A DNA stretch of 64,000 bases. Source: Macrostomum lignano (lineage: Eukaryota). The notes under the pieces are model-generated. The model made no database searches and was not told where the DNA came from. It saw nothing but the letters and a program-made list of their open reading frames with translations. The translations under genes were made by a program, and so were the position numbers. The DNA is taken from positions 62,001 to 126,000 of the forward strand of contig NIVC01000765.1 of assembly GCA_002269645.1 (NCBI GenBank), written 5' to 3'. This document shows, one piece after another, positions 14,566 through 25,492 of the stretch (positions are counted from its first letter, which is position 1; each line of letters begins with the position of its first letter).

Positions 14566-15224
14566 GACAGAATCTCACAGACTGATAAATATGTAAGGAT
14601 TATATGTGTGAAATATGTAATAGCGTTAGATATGCTTTTATTTCTCTCGCCCGCATTTGCTGATCAAAAATAGATTTGCAACTCTGCTTTCACAAGCGCC
14701 TATGTTCTTGCAATTGCGTGCGTGTGGGGTGGCGGTGCGTTCTCCAGCTTGCTAGCTGTCGTGGAGGACAAACTTTTACTCGTTATATTGTTGTCCGTTG
14801 GTTAATTATCAAACGGCATTTGTTGCATATATTACTACTACTACTTGGCTATTATCAGTAGTCTGCATGAACGATGCAAGTGTAAAATGATAATTGCATG
14901 AAATTTTGCAACCCCCGCTATACAAAATGCTGCTTTTATTACCTTCGTATTGAAACCTGTTTTTGCCTGGTGTTAAATGGGTCAGTCATTATCAACTATA
15001 TGATATCTATTACTTAATTGCTACGATTGTGCTTCTAATGACCAGATATCCAGATTAATTGCCAGAATACGCACCTGCTATGACCTAAATGGTAAAATGG
15101 TAAAAAATGTTAAATGGTAAAATTAATAAACTGTGTAACGGAGTGGACCAGACTAAACTTTCCCATTCTCCACACTGAATACGGCTTTTTAACACTGCTG
15201 TTTCGTGCATTTTTTCGTGCATCT

Positions 15225-16590
15225 TCCCAACCCAGAAGAATCGTCCCCCCCCCCAACCCAGAAGAATCGCCCCCCCCCCAACCCATGAGAATCGCCCCCC
15301 CCCAACCCAGAAGAATTGCCCCCCACCCAACCCATGAGAATCACCCCCAACCCAGAAGAATTGCCCCCACCCAACCCATGAGAATCGCCCCCCCCAACCC
15401 ATGAGAATCGCCCCCCAACCCAGAAGAATTGCCCCCCACCCAACCCATGAGAATCGCCCCCCCCCCAACCCAGAAGAATTGCCCCCCACCCAACCCATGA
15501 GAATCGCCCCCCCCCAACCCATGAGAATCGCCCCCCCCAACCCAGAAGAATTGCCCCCCACCCAACCCATGAGAATCGCCCCCCCCAACCCAGAAGAATT
15601 GCCCCCCACCCAACCCATGAGAATCGCCCCCCCCCCAACCCAGAAGAATTGCCCCCACCCAACCCATGAGAATCGCCCCCCCCAACCCAGAAGAATTGCC
15701 CCCCACCCAACCCATGAGAATCGCCCCCCCCAACCCAGAAGAATTGCCCCCCACCCAACCCATGAGAATCGCCTCCAACCCAGGAGAATCGCCCCCAACC
15801 CCAACCCAGGAGAATCGCCCCCAACCCCAACCCAGGAGAATCGCCCCCAACCCCAACCCAGGAGAATCGCCCCCAACCCAGGAAAATCGCCTTCAACCCA
15901 GGAAAATCGCCTTCAACCCAGGAAAATCGCCTTCAACCCTGGAGAATCGCCCCCAACCCCAACCCAGGAGAATCGCCCCCCCCCCAACCCCAACCCAGAA
16001 GAATCGCTCCCAAGCCAGGAGAATTGCCTTCAACCCAGGAGAATCGCCCCCAACCCAGGAGAATCGCCCCCCCCCAACCCCAACCCAGAAGAATCGCTCC
16101 CAAGCCAGGAGAATCGACCCAAGCCAGGAGAATCGCTCCCAAGCCAGGAGAATCGCCCCCAACCCAGGAGAATCGCCCCAACCCAGGAGAATCGCCCCCA
16201 ACCCCAACCCAGGAGAATCGCCCCCAACCCCAACCCAGAAGAATCGCTCCCAAGCCAGGAGAATCGCCCCAAGCCAGGAGAATCGCCTTCAACCCAGGAG
16301 AATCGCCCCCCAACCCCAACCCAGAAGAATCGCTCCCAAGCCAGGAGAATCGCCCTCAAGCCAGGAGAATCGCCTTCAACCCAGGAGAATCGCCCCCCAA
16401 CCCAAACCCAGAAGAATCGCTCCCAAGCCAGGAGAATCGCCTTCAACCCAGGAGAATCGCCCCCCCAACCCAGGAGAATCGCCCCCAACCCCAACCCAGA
16501 AGAATCGCTCCCAACCCAGAAGAATCGCACCCAAGCCAGGAGAATCGCCCCCAAGCCAGGAGAATTGCCCCGAGAATCGCCCCCAACCCA
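15225..16590. repeat. C-rich tandem repeat (CCCAACCCAGGAGAATCGCC-type) ending just upstream of NTMT1
   Basis: Units read directly. Confidence 0.95.
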
Positions 16591-16645
16591 GAATTAATAA
16601 TCTCCGCAGCCCATAAAATGGCGCCCACCCCATCGCAGCCCGAGC

Positions 16646-17113
16646 ATGACAACCGACTTAGCCAACAAGCCGGTCCAATTAAACGGCACTTCAAAAGACG
16701 CCGCTGATAAAACATCAAAGGATGCCGCCGCTGTCCCAGAAAATAAAGCTAATAATTGCGATGAGGCGCAGCAGCAGGAGGCTGAGTTCTACACTGATGC
16801 GGAGCGCTACTGGGCCACCGTGGAGGCCACCGAGGCTGGCATGATGGGCGGCAACGACAGCCTCGATGAGATCGAAATCTCTTCATCACGGATGTTCCTG
16901 ACCAGAGCTGCCGAGCTGGCCGGGCTGAGGCAGCTCAACCGGGCTCTGGATTGCGGCTCCGGCATCGGCCGGGTTACCAAGAAGCTCCTGCTGCCGATGT
17001 TTGCCACGGTTGACATGGCCGAGGTGACGAGCCACTTCCTGGCCAAGTCCAGGGAGTACATTGGGGAGCCAGATGCCTCCCGGGTGGGGCGACAGTTCTA
17101 CTGCGGCCTGCAG
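16646..17113 (+). CDS. NTMT1: Alpha N-terminal protein methyltransferase, exon 1
   Basis: FY..AERYW, MMGG, ALDCGSGIGRVTKKLLLP, VDMAEVT..FL; GT donor at 17114, phase 0. Start codon choice is uncertain. Confidence 0.92.
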
Positions 17114-17139
17114 GTGAATGGGATGGCCGGGTTTTGATG

Positions 17140-20100
17140 GGAAGATTTGGGATTTTTTATGATTTGGGATTCTTGATGAGGAAGATTTGGGATTTTTTAT
17201 GGGAAGATTTGGGATTTTTGATGGCGAATATTTGGGATTTTTGATGGCGAAGATTTGGGATTTTTATGGGTAAAGATTTTTATGGGGATGGTTTGGGATT
17301 TTTTTTGGGAAAGATGTGGGATTTTTTGGCGAAGATTTGGGATTTATTATGGCGAAGATTTGGGATTTTTGATGGGGAAGATTTGGGATTTTTATGGGGA
17401 TGGTTTGGGATTTTTTATGGGGAAGATTTGGGATTTTTGGCGAAGATTTGGGATTTATTATGGCGAAGATTCGGGATTTTTATGGGGATGATTTGGGTCA
17501 GTGAGCCGCTCAGTGAGAACCAGCATGCCTTTCGGGCAGGCAGGTCCACGGAGAGCGCGCTTCACGTTCTGGTTGACATGCTGGAGAAAGCCGTTCTTGG
17601 TAATGGCTACGCTCTCGCTGTCTTCCTCGACATTGTTGGAGCCTTCGATAATGTCCTCTTTGAGGCCTTTGACAGAGCTCTACGTGCTAGAGGAACCCAC
17701 TCGCACCTCACCCGGTGGATCATGTATATGATCAGCCACCGTACTGCCACCGCACACCTGTTGGGCCACCAACGGACGGTAACCGTCTGCAAAGGCAGCC
17801 CCCAGGGCGGTGTCCTCTCTCCAGTTCTCTGGAACATGGTCATCGATGAGCTCCTCCAGGACAGCCATCTTGACCCCATCCTCAAGGTCGGTTACGCCGA
17901 TGATGTCACAGCCGTGGCATCCGGACCGTCACCTGAAACCCTTAGAGATCTTTTGCAAAACTTCATTCGCTCTGCTGAACGTTGGGCGGACAGGTGCGGC
18001 CTCAGGCTCTCCGAGACCAAAACTGTCGCGATCATGTTCACCAGCAGGGTAAACTGGCGTATTCGCCCACTAAAGCTTTACGGGGTGGAAATTCCATCCT
18101 GCAAGCAAACCAAGTGTCTCGGCGTTACGCTGGACCACCGGCTGAGCTGGTCCACCCACGTCCAGGCCAAAACCAAAAAAGCCCTCGCGATTCTTGCGCA
18201 GCTGCGCAGAGCCGTCGGCACCACCTGGGGCCTCACCCCAAAGCGTCTCTGGTGGATCTATACCGCAATGGTCCGACCGGCCGTTACATACGCCGGCCTG
18301 GTCTGGACCAGCGCCTTGCAGATTAAAACCTGCCACGAAGCCCTCAAAAAGGTGCAGGGACGTGCGTGCCGCATGATCCTGAATGCCCCGCTCTCTGCTC
18401 CCTTTGACGGCCTCAACGCCTTTCTCTGCCTCCCGCCTCTGGACATCTTTGTCCGTCGCGAGGCTGCTAAAACCACCCGCCGGCTCATCGAGGCTGGTGT
18501 TAGCTTCAAGCCACAAAGAGCGATGGCGAAGCGCAAGCTCCTGCCGCACTCTGACCTGTGCCTTAAAGTTCTGGAGGAGAGTGGGAGTGCGGCTGTCCTT
18601 TCGGACGCTGAACCGCGCTCCCTCAACCTCTACCAACGCTTCAAGGTCACGATCCCCTCCAGGGAGAACGCCAACGACAGCTGGGCCCCTCAGGAGGTTC
18701 ACTGCTTCACTGACGGATCCTCCAAAGACGGTTTATCCGGCTTTGGAGTCTGCATCCTTATCAACGGCCGCGTGATTGCTACTCACGCCCAACACACTGG
18801 CAGACTCTCCAGCGTCTTCCAGAATGAAGTCCTTGCCATCAGCTCCTGTGCAGCTGAGCTCCACCGCAAGGACTTCAAGGACAGAAGAATCTTCTTCCAC
18901 TCTGACAGCCAGGCCGCTTTACAGGCCCTGTGTCACACCACTACGAACTCCCGAACAGTCCGCGACTGTATCGGGCAGCTCAACAAGCTGGCTCGGAGGA
19001 ACACCGTCCGGCTCACGTGGATCCCAGGACACGCCGGCTTCAAAGGTAACGAGCTCGCCGACTCCCTCGCTAAGGCGGGCTGTTCCGGCTCGCCCCTTGG
19101 CCCCGTGCCCCTGGCCCCCATCCCCGCCACAGTCATTAATCGTCAGATTAACGACTGGGCGGACATCCTGCACTTGCGCAGATGGGATGGTATCTCCAAC
19201 TGCCGCCAATCTCGTGCGGCAGTGCCCAATCCGTCCCTCAAGCTGCGGAGAATCCTTTTGAATCAAAATCGAAAAGATATCCGCGCTCTCACTATGACCT
19301 TCACAGGTCACGGTTGCTTTGCCAGGCACTGCTTCCTCCGATGTGTTCGCCGGAGTGAACTCTGCCCCTTCTGCAGCCTCGAGAATGAAGATGCCATGCA
19401 CTTCGTCTGCTACTGCCCGGCCTTCAACCGAGACCGGCTCAACCACCTCGGGCCCAACCCGTCCCTGGACGACGTTTGCCGGCCCGAGAACATCCCACGG
19501 CTCATCCGGTTCCTCCGGGCCACCAAGCGAGCCTCCGTCTTCCCCACCGAAGACAACGCTGCAGACAGGACCGGCAGACCTCCCTGACCGGCCCCGCGCC
19601 CTAGCCTATGCGGGTCTTTCAGGGATTAGCGGAATGGGCGACGCTCGCCTCCCCGCTGCGTCTTCGGACCGCCCTGCAGCTAAGTCAAGTAAGTAAGTCA
19701 AGGGGATGATTTGGGATTTTTTATGGGGAAGATTTGGGATTTTTTATGGGGAAGATTTGAGATTTTTGATGGCGAAGATTTGGGATTTTTGATGGCGAAT
19801 ATTTGGGATTTTTTATGGGGAATATTTGGGATTTTTTATGGGGAATATTTAGGGTTTTTGATGGCGAAGATTTGGGATTTTTGATGGCGAAGATTTGGGA
19901 TTTTTTATGGGGAATATTTGGAATTTTTTATGGGGAATATTTGGGATTTTTGATGGCGAAGATTTGGGATTATGATGAGGAAGATTTGGGATTTTTGATG
20001 GGGAATATTTGGGATTTTTTATGGGGAATATTTGGGATTTTTTATGGGGAATATTTGGGATTTTTTATGGGGAATATTTGGGATTTTTTATGGGGAATAT

Positions 20101-20410
20101 TTGGGATTTTTGATGGCGAAGATTTGGGATTTTTGATGGCGAAGATTTGGGATTTTTTATGGGGAATATTTGGGATTTTTGATGGCGAAGATTTGGGATT
20201 ATGATGAGGAAGATTTGGGATTTTTGATGGGGAAGATTTGGGATTTTTGATGGGGAATATTTGATTTGTTTATGTCGAGGATTTGGGATTTTTATGAGAT
20301 TTTTTAGATTTTTTGATAGTGGAGATTAAAGATTTTTCCATAAGGAAAATTTGGGATTTTTTATGGAAATATTTGGGATTTTTTATGGAAATATTTGGGA
20401 TTTTTATATC
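17140..20410. repeat. GAAGATTTGGGATTTTT-type tandem repeat in NTMT1 intron, split by a LINE (repeat at 17140-17497 and 19702-20410)
   Basis: Same units on both sides of the insertion. Confidence 0.9.
17498..19701 (+). mobile_element. 5'-truncated non-LTR retrotransposon with RT, RNase H and C-terminal zinc knuckle (LOA/Lian-like; clade assignment inferred)
   Basis: Open frame to 19587 with QHAFRAGRS, LDIVGAF, GSPQGGVLSP, YADD, FTDGS, SDSQAAL, WIPGH..GNELAD, CPFC..ED.MHF; TAAG-repeat tail; 14-bp TSD GGGGATGATTTGGG at 17484-17497 and 19702-19715. Confidence 0.95.
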
Positions 20411-20760
20411 CTGGCAAATTAGAAATGTTTCGATGGAGATGATTTGAGATTTTTGATTGCGAGATTATAAAATTTTTGTTGAGAAGATTTTCGGTTTATG
20501 TACGAGTGAGTAAAAGATTGAACTCGTCGATGGGAAGTAAGATCGTGGGATATTTGGTGGAATTTCTAAAGAGCGGCTATTAGAAACTTTGATGATGGTT
20601 GAAGGTTAGGTTTGAATATACATATATCAACCAGTCACTTGATAATTTCGAAGATTTCCTAATTTATAAACGCAAAATTATTTTATTGCTACTCTTAGTA
20701 GAGTAAATTGAAAATGCATTGAACGAAATAAATTAAACTCTATTAATTAATTACCCGCAG

Positions 20761-21105
20761 GACCTGACATTCCCAGCCGAGACCCGCTACGACCTGGTCT
20801 GGGTCCAGTGGGTCATCGGCCATCTGCGCGACGCTCATCTGGTGGACTTTCTGCGCCGAGCCGCCGCCTCGCTCAGCCCCTGCGGCATGATCGGCGTCAA
20901 GGACAATGTCATCACCTCCCGGGACGACTCCGAGTACGACTTTGACGAGCAGGACAGCAGCGTCTGCCGGCCGCGGCGCTCCCTGCTGAACCTGTTCAAC
21001 CAGGCCGGCCTGATCGTCCTGCTTGAGGAGACTCAGGAGGGCTTCCCGGATGCCCTGTACCCGGTGCTGTCCTTCGCTCTGGTGCCCAAAGGCCGCTGCG
21101 TTTGA
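20761..21105 (+). CDS. NTMT1: NTMT1 exon 2
   Basis: AG 20759-20760; YDLVWVQWVIGHLRD..DFLRR..IGVKDN..DEQDSSVCR; TGA at 21103-21105. Confidence 0.94.
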   Translation, partial: DLTFPAETRYDLVWVQWVIGHLRDAHLVDFLRRAAASLSPCGMIGVKDNVITSRDDSEYDFDEQDSSVCRPRRSLLNLFNQAGLIVLLEETQEGFPDALYPVLSFALVPKGRCV

Positions 21106-21107
21106 CA

Positions 21108-21290
21108 CTTTGAGTGTCAGACTGTTTGAGTGTCAGACTGTTTGAGTGTCAGACTGTTTGAGTGTCAGACTGTTTGAGTGTCAGACTGAGTGTCAGACTA
21201 CATTTGATATTGTCAGGCTGTTTTTTGAGTGTCACACTGTTGAGTGTCAGACGACTGTTTGAGCTTCAGACTGCCTGAGTGTCTGTCTGT
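21108..21290. repeat. 16-bp tandem repeat TGTTTGAGTGTCAGAC directly after the NTMT1 stop
   Basis: Units read directly. Confidence 0.85.
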
Positions 21291-21629
21291 CTGTCTGTCT
21301 TTATCTATCCCTGTTTGTCTGTTCTATTTTTTGTTCTCCTAAATATACTCGTATAAATGCGCTGCCTGTTACAAGCTCATCTTGTTCCTTGATTGCTTAC
21401 CTTAATGTAAGTTTTTATGTAATGCATTTCGTTCTGTTTGCGCTGTCGTTTTAGCGCTGAAGGCAGTGACTTTGTTTACGCAACTTCCTCTCTTAGTTTT
21501 TGTTTGTTACTTCTTTCTGATCTCTGTAACGTATTTATCAGAGGAGCCCATAAATTATTAAAGAATTCCCTATTATAACTTGCCGGAAGCCTTCATGCAG
21601 TAACAACCTCTTTAAGGATCGCCACCCAC

Positions 21630-22075
21630 TAATCACAAACCATTCCAAAACTACAAACCAATCAGAAACCATCCTATAAACCGCCAACCAATCAGAAACC
21701 ATTTAAAAATCGCCAACCAATCAGAAACCATTTAAAAATCGCCAACCAATCAGAAACCATCCTATAAACCGCCGACCAATCAGAAACCATTCTATAAACC
21801 GCCAACTAATCAGAAACCATCCTATAAACCGCCAGCCAATCAGAAACCATCCTATAAACCGCCAACCAATCAGAAACCATCCTATAAACCGCCAACCAAT
21901 CAGAAACCATCTTAAAAATCGCCAACCAATCAGAAGCCGTCCTATGAACCGCCAACCAATCAGAAACCGTCCTATGAAGCGCCAACCAATTAGAAACCGT
22001 CAACAAATCAAAAACCGTCCTGAGAAGCGCCAAACAATCAGAAAACTCCCTTTAGACCGCCAACCAATCAAAAAC
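21630..22075 (+). repeat. ~30-bp tandem repeat CCGCCAACCAATCAGAAACCATCCTATAAA upstream of the PCS-like gene
   Basis: 11 exact CCAATCA and 6 TATAAA counted by eye. Confidence 0.92.
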
Positions 22076-22127
22076 AATCTAAAATTTGTCATCCAATTGG
22101 CAGCCACTTGAGAAAATCTCTCATTTC

Positions 22128-22336
22128 ATGTCATCCGACCGCTTGCTGGTGACCTTTCTGGACAGCGACGAAGGCCGACGCCGCCTCTTGGAAGTGTCGC
22201 CAATTCGTCCTGCCACGGTTGAAGGATTCTGCAAGAAGCTGCGCTGCGCCAGCTGCGGCATGGCCTCGATTTCGCTGGTGATGCGGGCGCAGACTGGGGA
22301 TCAGGTGACCTATGCCGAAGACTTCATCTACGACAG
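22128..22336 (+). CDS. Phytochelatin-synthase-like protein (papain fold, peptidase C83), exon 1
   Basis: ATG 22128. LVTFLDSDEGRRRLL and ASCGMASISLVM resemble PCS IDFSSAEGK and AYCGLASLSVVL. GT at 22337, phase 2. Confidence 0.8.
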
Positions 22337-22354
22337 GTTTGTTTGTACGAAAAG

Positions 22355-24005
22355 TGCAGATAACCGGAACTAATTAAACTGTAGATAACCAGAACTAATC
22401 AAACCGTAGATAACCGGAAGTATTGGTAATCAAACTGCAGATAACCGGAAGTAATCAAACTGCAGATAACCGGAAGTAATAAAAATGTAGATAACCGGAA
22501 GTAATCAAACTGCAGATAACCGGAAGTAATAAAAATGTAGATAACCGGAAGTAATAAAAATGTAGATAACCTGAAGTTATAAAAATGTAGATAACCGGAA
22601 GTAATCAAACTGTAGATTACCGGAAGTAATAAAAAATTGAAGTAGTATGGGTTTTCTCGGGGTGGCCTGGTAGGTCTTTGAATCCCACCGCTGCCACCAG
22701 TGAAGTACAGGCTGTTTTCTTCCCGGTTTAGGCACTTAAGATTACCTTAAGTCTCGAGCCTCTTCAGAGGGAAGTTCTCTCAAATCTCAGTAGCGTAAGT
22801 AGTGCTGCCACCAGTTCCTTCAGGTCTTGGCCTTCGGTGAGGTGAGCTTCCCGTCGGAACGAAATAACGAAGTCAACGAACACAGCACCTAGTGCAGAAT
22901 TGCAGTTCAACGTACTAGGCGTCTCGTCAGCAGCACCTGCCGGGCTTGGATGGCAGAGGGAGGGCTGAGTTAGTCTCTCGTAGGCTTGGGGCGCTTCAGT
23001 CGGGTCTCAGTCAGACCACTACGAACATACTCAATGTATGCAGAGACTCAGACACTCAGGACGTGGTCTCGGGAAGAACAAGACTAGCACAGAACTAGAC
23101 GGAACAAGACTCCTTGACGGAAACAAGGGGGAGAGGGCTCCTATTTATAGCCGGGAAACACCCACGCAGAAGACCTCGTGACTCGTTCTATTTTTAGAAC
23201 TGACGTCACTCGAGAGTCTTGGGCAGGGTAGAAGCGTGCGGAAGACCTCGTGACTTGTTCTATTTTTAGAACTGACATCACTTGAGGTCCCCGGCCAGAG
23301 TACACGCGGCTGTGACTCAGTTGCTATTTTTAGCAACATGAGTCACTCCTCTCCTTAGAGAAGGGAGGGGTCCGAAAGCACGTGACTCACCCGGTAAACA
23401 GGGCCAACGAGTGCAGTAAACATGTTTACTGCACTTTAGGACTTGAAGAACGCAGAGTCTGTCATGTGACTTGCTCACATGACAGAGGAAAACGGGACGG
23501 GAACGAAACAGAGACAGCCCACAGCAGAGAAGCTAAGGGCTGAGAACAAAGACGCAAAAGGCCAGAACAGGCCAAGGGCAGCAGCAGACAGACGAAAGGG
23601 AGGGGCGGGAGGCTGACCAGCGGCAGACAGCAACCCAGGGCGAAGGCGAGGGAACAGCTGACAAGGGCGACGCCTAACCATAAACTAGCGGCTCACTACA
23701 AAATGTAGATAAGCGAAAGTAATAAAAATGTAGATAACCTGAAGTAATAAAAAAGCAGATAACCGGAAGTAATAAAAAATGTAGATAACCGGAAGTAATC
23801 AAACTGCAGATAACTGGAATTATTAAAAATGTAGATAACCTGAAGTAATAAAAAAGCAGATAACCGGAAGTAATAAAAAATGTAGATAACCGGAAGTAAT
23901 CAAACTGCAGATAACTGGAATTAATAAAAATGTAGATAACCGGAAGTAATAAAAAAGTAGATAACCGGAAGTAATCAAACTGTAGATAACCGGAAGTAAT
24001 CAAAT
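22355..24005. repeat. ~25-bp tandem repeat GATAACCGGAAGTAAT(AAAAATGTA/CAAACTGCA) in the PCS intron, split by a solo LTR
   Basis: Units at 22355-22637 and 23701-24005. Confidence 0.9.
22638..23700 (-). mobile_element. Solo LTR, 1063 bp (Ty3/Gypsy-like by its 4-bp TSD)
   Basis: TG..CA termini (TGAAGT..ACTACA), TSD AAAT at 22634-22637 and 23701-23704, minus-strand TATAAATA near 23145, related copy at 52587-53601. Confidence 0.8.
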
Positions 24006-24017
24006 CTCAATTCCCAG

Positions 24018-24411
24018 ACTCTCCGACATCAAACCACTGGCTGATTTGGATCAGCGCGGCATGACAGCCGACGATGTGGCCGCCTGCCTGCTGCGTCTCG
24101 GCGCCGCCTCCTCGGTACGGCGTCCTGGCAGCGCCGACGAGCTCCGCGATCTGGCTCTGACTCGCCTGGCTCAAGAGTCATCGTCTATCATTGCCAATTT
24201 CCATCTGAAAAGCTTGGGCTTTCCCTCCGAATGGGGTCACCTGTCCCCTGTGGCAGCCTACCATCGCGACTCAGACAGTCTGCTCATAATGGACAATGAC
24301 CCCAAGCCTAACGACCCCTTCTGGGTCACCATGCAGGACCTCTACGAATCGATGCGGCCAGCGGACCCGGAATCTGGACTGCCCAGAGGACTCATTTTGG
24401 CGGAGTTTTAA
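24018..24411 (+). CDS. Phytochelatin-synthase-like protein, exon 2 (spliced product 200 aa)
   Basis: Phase-2 acceptor at 24016-24017; RGMT, IIANF, WGHLSPVAAYHRDSDSLLIMD, FWV..DLYESM..D.ESG.PRG match the PCS His/Asp region; TAA at 24409-24411. Confidence 0.88.
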
Positions 24412-24744
24412 CCAAAGTCTACCGATATGTTGTGTAGTTAATTTTATGAACGTTTTATGACTATTGTGCCTGTCTACATATTTCAATAGGAAGCCTTTTA
24501 CTTGTCTTAAAGTATAATGCAGTCGAACTTATACTTTGAAAAAATATAAAACGCACATTTTCTACTTTAAGTAGCTTCATGAATTTGTATATTAAGCGAA
24601 TGTCGACATTACCGAAAAACAAACTGGCTTTTGTTTGATTGACAGCTCAGATTCCGAAATTTCTTCATTATCGACACAGATGAAAGCCAGAAGTGCTGAC
24701 TGTATATGCGCCATGTGCTCATGGCGAGATTTGAAACTGGTGAT

Positions 24745-25260
24745 ATAATATATGGGTGAGATTCGGAACCAATTATCTCATGTGTGAGATTTGGAACTAA
24801 TTATCTCATCTCATGGGTGATATTCGGAATCAATCATCTCATGGGTGATATTCGGAACCAAATCATCTCATAGGTGATATTCGGAACCAATCATCTCATC
24901 TCATGGGTGATATTCGGAACCAAATCATCTCATAGGTGATATTCGGAACCAATCATCTCATCTCATGGGTGATATTCGGAACCAAATCATCTCATAGGTG
25001 ATATTCGGAACCAATCATCTCATGGGTGAGATTCGGAACCAATTATCTCATCTCATGGGTGAGATTCGGAACCAATTATCTCATCTCATGGGTGATATTC
25101 GGAACCAAATCATCTCATAGGTGATATTCGGAACCAAATCATCTCATAGGTGATATTCGGAACCAAATCATCTCATAGGTGATATTCGGAACCAATCATC
25201 TCACCTCATACATGTAGGTGACATTCGGAACTATATTAAATCATCTCATCACATAGGTGA
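24745..25260. repeat. ~29-34-bp tandem repeat GGTGATATTCGGAACCAAATCATCTCATA
   Basis: Units read directly. Confidence 0.9.
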
Positions 25261-25492
25261 CATTCTGAAATAATTATCTCATCTCTTGGAATTTCGTCCG
25301 TGGCAGTACTACAGTTGGATTGCGAACAGCTATAAATTGGATTTCAAAGTCCGTTCATCCTCTTGCTATTGGTGCCAACACCCGATTGGCTGATCGAACC
25401 CCGTTCCGGTGCGGAAACTTCAGACAAACTTCCCATCTCCGAGCTTCTTCTATAAGTCGGCAGTTCCCCAGCTATTCCGTTAAAATTCCGAA

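Noticed and set aside
13397-16707. ILSHQ, GWG-rich and PQPRRI ORFs
   Set aside because: Tandem-repeat translations in several frames on both strands.
17266-17497. Apparent N-terminal domain fused to the LINE RT
   Set aside because: Flanking minisatellite that happens to be in frame; the TSD fixes the element start at 17498.
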